DNA of 64,000 nucleotides from Eledone cirrhosa (lineage: Eukaryota): contig OZ024740.1 of the NCBI GenBank assembly GCA_964016885.1, forward strand, positions 372,496,001 to 372,560,000, written 5' to 3'. This document shows, piece after piece, positions 1-14,289 of the stretch; within the stretch, counting starts at the first letter, position 1; every line of letters begins with the position of its first letter. The notes under the pieces are model-generated. The model was not told the DNA's origin. It saw only the letters and a program-made list of their open reading frames with translations, and searched no databases. Position numbers and translations under genes: made by a program.

Positions 1-1035
1 TGATGGTGGAGGGGATGGCCGGCGGGTGGATTGGTCACCCGAGGATGGGGACATCCTCTTTGGGGGACACCTGAACCTGGCGTAGAATGGACCGCACATC
101 CAAGACGGAGGCTGCAAAGCTCACAGCATCGAGGCTGACGTTCACCAAGTCCGACTTGGCCGAGTTGACCTGGAGGCCGATTCCCTCCAGAGCAGGAATC
201 ACCGATTGAAGGTCTTGGCAGACTGTCCGTACGGGCCCGCCCAACGTAGCATCATGCAGATACCAAACGTTGAGAGGGGCCGTGATACTCCGGCGATGTA
301 GTCAACACCAAGGGCGAACAGGAGGGTTCCCAAAGAGTCGCTCTGTTGGACCCCAGTAGCCGAGGGTATAACCGTATCAGCAGCTAGGAGCATGCCCGGG
401 GATCCATATGACAGGTAGGCCAGCGGGTAGGCAGAGGGGGCTCGGCTGAGGCAGGCCTCGAGCAGATGATCCAGGCGTAAAGAGTTAAAGGCATTCATCA
501 TGTCAAGCTTGATAATGAGGTGCCTGGAGTCCCTGGATGCCGGTACCGATGGGCAGCTGCTGAAGAACTGCCTGATTGCATGAGAGGCTCCCTCACAGGC
601 ACCGGACACGCCGACATCCAGTTGCACCGGAATAAACTCCTCACCCAGTTCATGTGTGACGGACTTGCAGATCACCTTGGCAGCCAGCCTCCGGAAGATA
701 TTGCCCACAGCAATGGGGCGTATGCCACCCTCTTTCTTCCTGAGAGCGGTGAGGCTGGCCGAAAAAAGAGGCCTCGGCGTAAGGGTCGAGGGCACCATGA
801 ATAACCCTATTGGTGAGCGCCACAATTGCACTCAGAAGGCGGCGCCCGGCCTCAGCGGAGAGGGGGGATGTCAACTACTTGAGGTGGCCTGGTCGGAGAC
901 CATCAACACCTCCGCAGCTGCTAGCTGGGAAGGACCTGATGGCGGACATATCTGCATCAGAACCCACAAGGAGCAGGTGGGGGTCGGGTGGGGGTATGGG
1001 TCTGAGATCAGTGGGTGGCTCAGGGTGCACATATA
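1..1035 (-). mobile_element. CRE-clade non-LTR retrotransposon, degraded reverse transcriptase region (continues beyond window start)
   Basis: Frameshifted minus-strand ORFs give 'GGVDGLRPGHLK', 'LTALRKKEGGIRPIAVGNIFRRLAAK', 'KLDMMNAFNSL', 'SATGVQQSDSLGTLLFAL', 'WYLHDATLGGP', 'GLQVNSAKS', which are RT motifs typical of CRE-type elements. Markedly GC-rich against the AT-rich flanks. Confidence 0.85.
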
Positions 1036-2965
1036 TACGGTTCTCTACATCCTGAGTTCAAATCCCTCCGATGTCTAATTAGCGAGTTCAGGTAAGTATA
1101 ATACCTCCGCGACTGTGGTTGATTTTGATTGTAGAGTCGGATACGATGGCCTGCTTTATCGGATATTGCTATGTGCATTCAAATTACGTCTACTTATGCC
1201 AAAAGGTGCGAGCGAGGCATGTTTTTCTGTGATCAGACCTCCTATCCTTACATTTCGTTTCCAAATATTCATTGTTTATATGTTGATTATGACACTGGAC
1301 TAAATTACCAATTTTACAAAGAAAGTATATGACATATTTCGTTATTGGCGTGGCTATAAAGCATATTACTGTCATGACAGTACCATATGAATTATAATGA
1401 AATCGCGTCCATTCAGAGAAACCAACACTTAATGTACTGGACAAAAAATCAGTAACTTATAGCTAGAAAGAGCATGCGAAATGCAACAATATATTTTGGG
1501 TTGAATTTGAATCAGTGGTATTTGATTCTGAATTGTTTGTAACAATTTATAAATCAATATACTTCATACGAAATAAGATATTAGAGATAGAATAATTTTA
1601 TTTCCATTTTCATTCAATTAAAATTATTTTCTATAAAATACTCATAAATGCTTGAAACCGCAACCTAATCTATTCTTCCCTGTTATCATTTGATAACAGA
1701 ACAAAACCTATTATTTATTAAACGTTTTGTTTAAGTTGTGTATTTGTCTCGACTTTAGAATCAAATATGTTTTATTATAGACGGAACCATATTAGCTTTG
1801 TCTAAATGTTTTCTATAGCACACGTAAAAGTGTATCCTAGAATTCACAAAGCAGAATTTTATTATAACAAATAAACAATGAATTTAAAATAAGGGTGTAT
1901 TATATATTATATAAGATAATGTCAGATGCGTAGTTGAATTATGTGGCAACTCTATAATTAAAAAAACATTAAATTACAAGAGATTGAGTGGAAAGCAACA
2001 TTTATAAAATAAAGCTTTTAGAGAAAACGCCTTTTGTGGAGATACATTATTCTCTAGGTAATGTATCGTTGCGAAAGTATTTTTACAATGGCTATTCACA
2101 ATAAGATACGTATATAAATTAAAACAACTGTTAAAGTGAACGTTAATATCAAAATGGTAACCAGACATCGAATATATATATATATAAAGAGAGGAAATAT
2201 GATTGAAAGAAGCAAATGTGTTTATATAATAAAAAGGCGCAATAAACTGTGTTCTTATTGCAATAGACAGCGAAGGAATTAAATGAGTGGTTCACTTAAT
2301 GTTACTATTAGTTCGTTTCATTCCATAAGGGTTATGGTGGTAATAAAAACGTAGTGTTTATATTTGCCATTTTTAGTTGCTAAGTAATTAGTACGATCTT
2401 TGTTTTCTCTTTACGTTAGAACTTCTTAAGATATTGAATATATATTTATGATATTATCCAGACGGACTATAAGCTGAGACAATAACGAAAATAATCAATA
2501 TTTTATGACATTTAGCTCGACTACATAAAACTGATTTCTGATAATGGCAGAAGACAAATCATATTGATTGATTCGATGATAGTACTTGATGGCACTTATT
2601 TAATTTACCCTTGACCACAGCAAAACCTTAAAAACGAGATAGAAACAAATATCGATTATGCCTCACAAATGTTTGTGAAATATTACATGCAAAACTACTA
2701 CTGAATAAACGCTCAGGCAGACTATACTCATGCAAGCCCCAAATCATTTAACACATTCTATCATTTTGAAACCACAACCTAACTTCACAGCACATCATTT
2801 ATAAGTATACCTCCTCCGTATTCAACTGCTAACACAAAATATATAAGGAAGCACATATATTCGGAAACTTCATCAGCATATCACTTATCAACAACACAAA
2901 ATTATTCAATACTCTTGGTCAAAGTTGTGCCATCTCTCTCATCTTAAGCATAAATTAGTTAATAA

Positions 2966-3154
2966 TTGCTTCTACTTTTTGGCACAAGGCCAGCAATTAT
3001 TCCAGTACATTACTGGTACTTTATTTTATCGATCCCGTACGGATGTAAGGCAAAGTTAACCTCGACGGGATTTGAACTCAGAATGACAAGGGCCGTAACT
3101 CTATGCGTCAAAGCATGGCGTCCGACCCTCTACCGATACTGCCAATCCACCGCC
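2966..3154 (-). mobile_element. tRNA-derived SINE (octopus-type), near full length, with probable target-site duplication
   Basis: Matches the other copies (B-box-like gagttcaaatcc; gactttgccttt…gataaaataaagtaccagt core). Flanked by aattagttaataa at ~2953-2965 and ~3157-3169. Confidence 0.85.
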
Positions 3155-4232
3155 ATTAATTAGTTAATAATAATCCACCGCATTAATTAGTTAATAATGA
3201 ATAATAATAAACAATATGTTATCTCTACCAGTATCCTACATATATTCATAATAGGCTAAAATGTATGTATACGCTACGTATATGGGATATGAGTGTACGG
3301 GTAGTGTATCGGTCAACGGTATGTTTTCTAATACATAATAGATAAATATATGAAGAAATATGAATTAGATCATACCCAAATTACGTCTAAAATTAAAGGA
3401 TTAACGTAATAACATCCAATTCAACTTAGAAATTTAACTTGTTAAACAAACAGGATTTCAACAATACCTACACATTGAGAAATTTAAATTTAAACGTTTT
3501 CAGTATCAATTTACAACTATACATACATATATTATTATGTCTACATTTAACACCTTTGGCTAAGACAATAGGAGATAATACAAAGATTGGTGTGATTGTC
3601 TGTTAACTAATTGCTTATAGGGTTGTTTGGGAAATCATGTAATGTTATAACTTTAGTCATTTTATATGCCTAAAGCGAAACATATCATATTGCTATGATT
3701 ATATATTGCAACGGTAGATCAGTATATATGTATATGTGGTGTGGTAAATAAATATATACATATACATCAATAGTGAGCATAACAGTCAAAACAGATGAAA
3801 AAGAAAAATACTACTAAAATACTACTCCCGAATGAATATAGGCCTATCAAGCAAACTATACGGCCAGTAGTTTCCTCAAAGCCATACTCCCATGAATGTC
3901 TCATACTAAAATATTAGCTTGATTTTGCAAGTATAGCAAATAGACACTCGAAATAAATAAAAAAAACATCTATATTACTACCATTCTCTCAATAATAAAT
4001 CCAACTTTCAGTTTCTACTGCCCACTCTTACTCACTCCCCACGTCATACACAAGCGATAAACTATATACATTAGAAATGTGAGTAGTGAACTCAATTCTT
4101 CCGAAAGTGTTTAGCCAAACAGATATTTCTTTTTACTGAAACATCATAGATATGTTGTAAGAAACTTGTACATAGAATTAATATATATAATTGTGTATCA
4201 GTATCAATATATTTACACCTAAATACAATATG

Positions 4233-4263
<31 letters not shown>

Positions 4264-4377
4264 CCAGGGAGTGTAACTTGAAGTTACTGTAGGTTCACCA
4301 GGGTGAGCACTCGATGTTTACGTTCACGTTAGTGGCGAGGTGTAGAGCTAGACAGAGTATAATATAGTAATATAATA

Positions 4378-4551
4378 ATTGTTTCTACTTTAGGCACAAG
4401 GCCAGCAATTACCACTATATTACTGGTACTTTATTTCATCGACCCCGTAAGGATGAAAGGCAAAGTTAACCTCGGCGGCATTTGAACTCAAACCGTAAAG
4501 GGACGTAACTATGCTGGAAAGCATGGCGTCCGACTCTCTACCAATATTGCC
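4378..4551 (-). mobile_element. tRNA-derived SINE copy (same family)
   Basis: ttgtttctactttaggcacaaggcc…gaccccgtaaggatgaaaggcaaagttaacctcggcggcatttgaactca…. Confidence 0.85.
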
Positions 4552-4735
4552 AAGGACGATGTGTTAAGCCTTCATTACGCGTTTATTGAATGGTGACGCG
4601 TGTTTTGCTTTTGATCAGCTGAAGGTTCGATCTGTAACGATCACGCCCGAATCTGGAAACAAAAACTCGTCGGACCTTAGCAATACACGCGTCACCAATC
4701 AGTAAACACAATGAAAGCTTAACAAATCGTCCTTG
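4551..4735. repeat. Fold-back element with ~60-bp imperfect terminal inverted repeats
   Basis: caaggacgatgtgttaagccttcattacgcgtttattgaatggtgacgcgtgttttgct pairs with agcaatacacgcgtcaccaatcagtaaacacaatgaaagcttaacaaatcgtccttg. Confidence 0.75.
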
Positions 4736-5636
4736 TGTTATATACATATATAACGCAGAAGTGTGAATTATGCGGTATCTAGTCTACAATGTCACGTGAT
4801 GACGGTGAGGCTCTTCATACACTGGGAGTACAGTTCGGATGTTAGGCATATGGATCAAAGAGCACGCGACACTGAGAGCTTCACCTGTCAAAGTCACATT
4901 TACAAACACCGCAAGCGAGAATATGAGTCCATCATAGTATCTACTGAAAGGAATTTGGAGTTTAAGAATTAAAGAAGCTGTAATCATGGACACACGTAAG
5001 CAATATGCAGTTGAACAAATCTACATGGAACAGATCTATGATTGCTTTAGACATGAGTAATCCACACACTAAGACAAGATAAGGAAGGACGCATGATATC
5101 TATTTTTGTCATCTATAGTTTTCATTTTTGATCTTCATCTGAAAAGTGGGTCCTAACCCTGAAATATGTGGAAATATACTGGGTAAAAAGTATTACTTTG
5201 TTTTGTTAGATTTGCTTCCCTTTGCCCTCGGTAGTCTGCAGGCTTTTTGAAGTCCACATCAATCAATTATAGTGTAGAATATGTATGTATGATTTACGCC
5301 TCAATAAAATAAACCAAAGCTACCACTAAAATATATTGGAATGAAAATGGGAATATAAAGTCTCAATTTGTTAAAATATATATTAATATGAACAATATTT
5401 ATTTCAAAATAAATAGATAAATAAATATTTATATATATATATATATTGTTATTCTTTAAATTTATATATTAAATTTATAAATTTAATTTATAATAAATTA
5501 GAGTGAACGCAACTGGTACGTGTGTTTCTTATTGGCAACATGACCCTCCCAAAGTATAACAATATCGGTTTCAACACACGTTTTCAGATAAAGAATCTTG
5601 CTAAACAAATTCAGAAACGATATATAGATATATATA

Positions 5637-5842
5637 TGTGAGAAAAACCACAAACCCTCCATCTCAATTCTACTTTTGAAAAGCAGAAAAACTGCGAAAT
5701 CGGTAAAAGAACCAAATAAATATATATTTAAAAAAAAAAATACTCCAGTTGCATTTTAGAGTTAATCTTTATTCCTTATACTTTCACTCATGTAGGACAC
5801 CTCGGTTATTTTTCATTTTGTAAAAAAAAACCCTCACTTTCT

Positions 5843-5843
<1 letters not shown>
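5637..5843 (+). mobile_element. Solo pseudo-LTR + tail of the Penelope-like element at 30.66-33.6 kb (family A)
   Basis: Clearly homologous to 33460-33600 and to the reverse complement of 30237-30445. Flanked by (TA)n on both sides. Confidence 0.8.
5673..5709 (+). ncRNA. Minimal type I hammerhead ribozyme motif, U3-A8 core variant (family A)
   Basis: ctt-TTGAAAA-gcag(aaaaa)ctgc-GAAA-tcgg-TA-aaag. Helix I is very short. Confidence 0.55.
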
Positions 5844-5876
<33 letters not shown>

Positions 5877-6217
5877 AACAAAAAAGGAAAAAAAATATTT
5901 TTCTTCCTAATAATCATCTCTTTCTCCCTGTTTTCATATAGATATTTATATATATATATATATAATTTTTTTGTCACATCTCCAGTCTGAATGGCAGATC
6001 GATAATGAAGTCGGGTCCATAACTTTTATGGGTGGCATTGAGCCAAAGCTCTGTGAAACGTGCGAAAGAGGTCGATACACGATAAAAATCTTATACATGT
6101 AAACGAAACTCCCTCGTGGTTTCTAATATATACAATCTGCCTGTGCATAGAGTGCTTACTTGGTACCACAACTAGTAATTCACTGCATCACCCACTCTCT
6201 CTCTCTCTCGCTCTCTC

Positions 6218-6266
<49 letters not shown>

Positions 6267-6309
6267 AGTACCTTACTGTGGTTACCCCCGATTGAACCCA
6301 GGATAAACT

Positions 6310-6377
<68 letters not shown>

Positions 6378-6421
6378 TGCATATGTATCTTTATATGTGT
6401 GCATATATATATATATGTATT

Positions 6422-6465
<44 letters not shown>

Positions 6466-9366
6466 ATATGTTATCTTTATACGGAATAGACCAGCTCTAT
6501 ACAGTGGTGAACCTCAAACCTGAATATATATATATATATATATATGTGTGTATGTGTGTGTAAGGGGTCCTGTTTATGGAATAGTACCTTAGATAGATAT
6601 GCAGAAATCATAAATATTCTTTTGACGAAATCCACAACAATAAGTTAAAAGTGAAAGTAGGAGCGTATGATTGTTCAACCCAAAATGGAATAACATGACT
6701 TCCGTGCATATACAGATAAACGATTCTCTGTCATCATTGAAATGTAAATTACTTCAAATCTATCTTTAGAAGAGATTCACGAAAAAATATATTGTAATTG
6801 AGGAAAGTTAATATATAATTTAAGCCTCAATAAAATCAACCAAATCTACCACTAAAAGATCGGAATAAAAATGGGAATATAAAGTCACAATTTATTGAAA
6901 TATATACTAATATGAAATTTTGCAACAATAATATTTATTTCAAAATATTGACATTATGTTTTCATTTAAACCATCAATTTCTCATGATTAGCATTGTTTT
7001 TGATTTTCTAAAAATATATTCGTGTTATCTTTATACATTATTTTTATATATATATTATATTATTCTATCATGAATACAATATTAACTTTTAAGTATTTAA
7101 ATATTACCAAGCGAATCATATATTTGCATATGGTAAATACATTCGTCCAGTAAGTAAAATTTCGAAATATTTCTTTAATTTTTAACTATATTGCAATAGT
7201 CTGTGTCTATGCCATTCGCTTGCATGTTTATTCCTCCTCTTAAATAGCTGTAAATTGACGGTTGCAATACAATTATGGGCAAAGAGTTGTTTTCTCAAAG
7301 TCTTCATGCCCATCAGGCAAGCGAATATATTTTGGATATGATCTAGAGTGTCAAGCCGAGACCATCCTATATAACTGGATTAAGGCCGAACACAAAACAA
7401 CTAATCTATTTAGATATATATGAAATGGGTTAGAGAAACCGTTGTTACACTTTGATAATAATATCCTTTGTGAATAATATATTGTGAGAATAATACGTAT
7501 CCTAAAGAATGAAAATATTAGAGTATTATTGATAATGCTTATAAGCACAGACAAATTCGAGTGCACATATACAATTTGTAAATGGTTTCAAGATAAATGA
7601 TGAAAGCACACACTAACATGCCTAGATATTATACATTTATATTGATAAAGTAGTATGTTATAAATATAATTCCGTGACGTTCCTAGCTTAATAAAGTAAA
7701 CTCCAGATAAATGGGATTCAATATAGCGTTTTCCTTAGTATGTTTGATAGACTTATTAATAGCCTTATGTTTCCTATTTCTGCTTTGGTAATCGACATGA
7801 ATAATCCCTGATTTTCTCTAATCGGCTGATTATAACTGTAGGTGAACCCAGTTAGGAAGTAAACTTATATTGTCGATTATTCTTGTAGAATATAATGCGT
7901 ATGTTTATGTTTACACACACACACATACACATACATGCACACACACACATATGTATATATAGGTAGTTAGATAGAATGCGTTAATGTGTGAGTGCATTTG
8001 CGTGTATGAGTATGAGTGTGTATGTATAGATATATTGCTGTACAAACATAAATAAAAAAAATTGAGGTGTGATATATCTTATAGCCATTATACCATTCAC
8101 ATAAATCAGTTGTATACGACCACAAAGAATGACTGTCTCTAATGCAGAAAATAACTTGTTGATTTCCTCCTTAGAAAATAAATCCTTCTTGAACAAATAT
8201 ACGCGTGAAAATTTTGATGGAGAGGTGTACTAGTATTCACGTTACATTAATTGTTTGTCATTGTCAACTTTTGATTTATGGATAATAGCGAAACACTGAA
8301 ACGTTACTTAAATATGAACACTAAGATTATCATGACTCGTAAAGGTACCAAAGATGTATGAATATCACGAGGTGCGCCAAAGAAATATAAATATATAATA
8401 TAAACTGCTCGTAGAAATGCCTTTGCCATTTTGTCCGCAAGGCGTAGCCGAAACACCGCTCTGACATACGTGTAGAGTCTATCACCCTCTCCACTTCTCC
8501 TTTTCTTCCATCCTTTGTTTAATAATCCTTTCATTTTTGGCAGGTATAGTTCTTTCCAATTGTGCTATCTTTTTCTGTTTGTTTTACCAATTACAAAATT
8601 ATTCACAAAAGAAACAAATTTAGAATAAAGGGAGTCAGAAAGATTATAAACACTGGTGAACAACGTTGGTGCCTATTTAGAATGTTAATACTTTACTGTA
8701 CTTCTATCAATATACTTTTCATAATGAAATATCTTTTTTATAAAAGCAAACTAAACTAGATTCGAATCATCAACCAATGCAATTTATTGATGATTACTAC
8801 AACTCAATAAAGAAAGCAAAACTTTTTTAGAAAGAATTGCTAGAATACTAAACTTAAACTGGATTCCAATTTTCTGAAAATATATATGTGTTGTGAGTGT
8901 GGAAGTGTATTTCAAACCATCAATTCAAAGATTCACTAATATGTAAAAATAGATTATAACCTGACTGGAGTAAATTGCATATCTACAAGCATTTCTAAGT
9001 ATTCCCAATAATTCAACATCCTTCTCATCTAGGTATCTATTGACACCCTCATATTGGAGACGTTCCCTGGCAATGAATGGAAAAAAACTAAGATAATACG
9101 TCATTATGTGGAGCGTTGAGAACAATGGTGTAGGACACTGGGATTGATGAGTTAATATCTGTATACAACAACTACAACGGTACGCGATGGTTCCCACAAT
9201 GAGCCACTTACCTTTCTAGCCAACTAGATACATAGCTACCTAGTAACTAACTCCCTATCTAGCACCATATTAGCTATTAGCATTCATGCATATATAGATC
9301 CATAAATAATTACATACACATATATATAGGTCATGCACACACAGATACACACACACACACACACAG

Positions 9367-9398
<32 letters not shown>

Positions 9399-10573
9399 GG
9401 GTGATGTATGCATATATACATAAATTCATACATATATATTTTTCCAACATTCACGCATGCAGACATACGTTGCAGAATCAGTGGTCCAGCAGATGGTAAC
9501 AATATTAGGGTGAAATACACCTATACTAAATTAATGTGAAATCTAAGAATACGTTCCCTGCACTCCAATTTCCAATTTATCTCTATTATGATGGGGGACA
9601 TTCGGTATACAATTAATTGTATAATGACAAACATTGATAACGTGCACTTCACAATAACGGTTCATTAAGATATTAGAATTACAAGACATTCACAGGTCTG
9701 TGAATATATGCAAAACATTCCAGAAGTTCAGCCTCTAATATATTTCCATACACAGGTATACATAAATAAATAAAATATCTATTCACACATACAAGTACAT
9801 GCATACATGCAAACCCATAGACATGTGCACAGTCCCATAAATACGAATCCCAGGATAAAATTCTTTAAATTCAATTGGAAAAACCTTGGGTTCAGAATAT
9901 TCCTAGTATCGCAAGGGATTACACAGGAATAACACACCAAATTCTAAACTGAAGATATAAGTTAATAATTGTAAGATAAAATGTGCACGGAGACTTTAAT
10001 TTGATTCAAACATAAATGAGTGAAACTTCTATTTGATTTGACGACAGGATTAAGACATATGTGAATTTATCAACATTGATCATAACAGACAAACTAGTTT
10101 TCGTAATAAGGTATATGTATTTATATATATACAGACAAACATAGAAACAAACAAATATACATACATATATGTATATATGAATATATATATATATATACAC
10201 GTATGTACGTATGTGTGTGTGTATCTTGTATGTATGTAAATATATATATATATATATGTATGTATAAGTATATTTTCAAATGTAAACAATGTGTATACCA
10301 CAAAGTTTATTGGAAAAGTCCATATTGAAATTAGAATTTCATATACCCATTGCATACTACTAAATAATAAGCTTAAAGTCTATCTGTAGCCTTTTTAATG
10401 TTGGGAATATTCAGAAGAAAAAATCGGATTATACCCAAGCGAGTATTTTACAACTATATGAATACAGTTCTTCAATGGAACAACATATATAACAAATCGG
10501 TGTTTGCTTGGCTTCACCAAGAGTTCATGCTTTCTCAGTTTTACTGGCAACCATACAAAGGCATATTATATAT

Positions 10574-10736
<163 letters not shown>

Positions 10737-10760
10737 CATACATACATATATATATGTATA

Positions 10761-10816
<56 letters not shown>

Positions 10817-11070
10817 CATATATATATGTATATATATAATATAAATATATATGTGTGTGTGTGTGTAGGTATGTGTATGTGTGTGTATAGTGACAACAAA
10901 GAAGACAGTGAAATAGATAAAATGTATCATGTTTCTACACAACACATGCCTCGAGACATTTGCGATCCACATCATATATAATTATATTCGTGAATACAAG
11001 ATTATAACGCATAAATAACATTAATCCATGATTCCCTCTGTGTGTATGTACATAGGTGTATATATCTGTG

Positions 11071-11154
<84 letters not shown>

Positions 11155-14100
11155 TATATACATATATATATATATACATATACACATACACCCCCTATAT
11201 ATATATATATATATATAATATGTGTGTATGTGTATGTGTCTATGTGCGTGCGTGTGTGTGCTTTTGTCTTTGTGTGTTCACTTATATAGGCAAAGGTGGA
11301 TGAAAATACAATCTTGTGTCACTTGTCAGCAAAACGATATTCCACTGCACTTTATATACGCAAAGAAACAAATCAACCGTCAATAATGACAACACCAAAA
11401 CCAACAATATGTGGTAATTCTATAAAACCCTCACTTCTGGAAGAGCGTCATCATCCGAGTAGCAATGATTCTGCGTAAAAATTATAACATATTAGAATAA
11501 TAGAAAAATATATTGGAAGAAAGCGGGATATAAGTGGAGAAAGAGAGAGAAATAATGATAGAGAGACAGACAGAGAAACAATGGGAAAGGGAGAAGAGAG
11601 TAAAAGAAATTGAGTGAAAATAGCAAGATACCTAAAAAATAAGTCATATATATATATTAAATTCAAAATGTATGTTATGTTTCCATAAAGGCAATATTTA
11701 ACGTTACATTATGCTGTGGCATCATTTTCTTAAGAAATACGTCAAATTATATCAGTTATCATATATGAGTTATTAATAGGATGACTCTTAAATAGATTAT
11801 ATGTATGAACGTCATATTTGCGTATAAATGCGATATATTTTGTATACATACATGCACACAAATATATAGGTGTATATTTATACACATATCAGCACAACTC
11901 AATAGTGTATTAATTGTAACGATGTCACCTGTAATGTCACAAGCATGAAACGAAGAACATTTGAGTAACTAATTTTTAACGCCCCTATTAGCCAATTTCC
12001 TCCGTTTCTAACCCCCCCCCCCCACACACACGCATACACACAAACACACACATACACACACACACGCATACACACACACACATACAGACAAACACAAACA
12101 CATATTCATATATATATTAATATATGTGACTTATTGTTCAGGTATCTCTTGCTATTTTCACTCCGTTTCTCTCTGTCTCTCTATCTGCCTCTCTATCTCG
12201 ATTTCTATCACCAGTGATATGTATGTTTACCCGAAAGTTAAATGCAATGTACGGCGTGCACAACATTACTTAATGGTGCAATAGCATTACCGTTAGATTT
12301 GTGCAAATGTTATATACATGCACAAAAATATCAATATTTACACTATTATCAATATGGGAGACATGAGCTTACTATATATTCTTGCTGCTCGAATGAAAGC
12401 TACATTTCTACGTAGTGAAACAGGAAGTTTTCTACTGAGGAAAATATTTGCGCAGTTTTCTAGCATTAGTATTCTCGCACAAATATAAATGAAATATACT
12501 TGTAATAGCAGTCAAACATTCATCAACGTATGTTAGTGAATGACATAAGAATCAATGTTTGATTAACAAAATATAAAAATATCTCATTAATAGTAATTTT
12601 TTTTTATCATTTAAACATGTGAATACAAGTCTGCTTTTGGTTGAGAAATACACAGGTACACACGATAAAACAGGATATGTCTCTTCACTTAATCTGCTCA
12701 ATATTAAGGTAGATGAACACAAGCCAGGAAACTTCATGTTGTCGATGACATTGATGATGGCACAGAATGACTTAGAGTCTAACGTCACACTTTGATGTAA
12801 CTCTATAGATATAACTTATATAACTGATTAAAGCAAATTATTAATTACTACTTAAACCCCGAGCATTCATACGATATGATGTAACATTAGCCGTTTATTT
12901 AAGTTGATCTCTATAACTATTTTGGAAGGACAATCCGGAAAGGGTTGAGATGAGAGTATATCGTAAATATCAGATTCCAAAACTCGGCTTTGGCAAAACT
13001 AGAAGTTATTCGTAAAAAAGGTCAAACTTTACGATAACAACAAAGATTAGTTTTTGAGATCAATAGCAATATTGAGTGAAATTTATGGGTCCGAATCTCG
13101 AACACCTGACACCAAAATTTAGGTAACATATATCATTTGAAATGATATGTCATATCATAGAAACATGATTAGTATCCCATCTAATAATCATGGAACAAAT
13201 GAGGACTTTAACAAATATACCCGTTTCAGTTGTGGAAAGGGGGACATGGTGTGGTTTGATAATGTAAAGTGAACACATGACACACGATATCTAGAGAATA
13301 TTGACCTCCCCAAATAGAAGTTGTACGCTAAAACTATGAATATATTTGAGCAAACAGATTAATAGTGAAGATAATGAGGCTCAGGGATAAGTGAAAAGAA
13401 TAGAGGTGATATGTCTCTTGTTGTGCATGTAAATTCTCTCCAGTTCATATAATTTGTTAATTTGAATTTGAACATGTGACCATAAGTAGGAAGTAATTAT
13501 TTATATATTTCAGTATGAGTAGGATGGTGGTTAATCAAGAATTCCTGGAAGTCGCTGAATTCAGAACCCATAGCTATGTAATTACACACAGCAAAGTAAT
13601 TTATGTGTTCTTCTTCTTATTCTATTATAAAACTAAAAGGGCGCTGAATATGATGATAGTTTCAGAATTTTGATATCTGTATATGTAGGACGTTTTTGAA
13701 GATGTCAACTCGAACCAAATCTCCTCATCAAATTGTCTATTTAATCATTATGTCTTTAGTGAAGATAGATTTACTTTAAAACTCCTTACTAACTGCAACC
13801 AATATATTCTTAATTAAAGCAAGGAAGTGCTCATTACTCTAAAACAAGGCATTTCTCATTAGTCTAACAACTTATAATGAAAGTGTGGCCTGAAATATAT
13901 TAGCAGAGGAAACCTCGAATAGAATAAATTGACGCAAATATTCAAGTGTGCTCTAATTAAGTGATTTTGAAAATCACAGAATACTATTCTCTCTTTCGAC
14001 AGAAATGTACTTCATGCAACAACGTTTACATAGACCACATGATATTTGCATAGATAATACAATTGAAACATTCCTGTACATAAAGGCAAAAAAAGTGTGG

Positions 14101-14289
14101 TAAATATTTTTTAAATGCAAAATGCATAATTGTGCACTCTTTATTGTACTAATAAAATTACTAACCCAAATATTAATTGAAATGCATATTATGCAGGTGT
14201 GTTTTATAGTTAGCAAGATCATGCATACACACACATAAAAACACAAACACACATTATAAATACATACATATATTATGATGGATTCTCCT

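Noticed and set aside
5965-6195. (TA)-flanked island with gaaacgtgcg…gtcgat resembling a hammerhead 3' half
   Set aside because: No acceptable 5' core or helix I could be assigned by eye.
8304-8534. Moderately GC-rich 76-aa minus-strand ORF
   Set aside because: No recognisable domain. The gccgaaacacc motif does not complete a hammerhead fold.
8925-9211. Possible minus-strand exon (pyrimidine tract + CAG near 9068, 'ERLQYEGVNRYLDEKDVELLGILRNACRYAIYSSQ') and a GTAAGT donor near 9211
   Set aside because: Weak donor, no recognisable protein family and no partner exons. Cannot be supported without RNA-seq.
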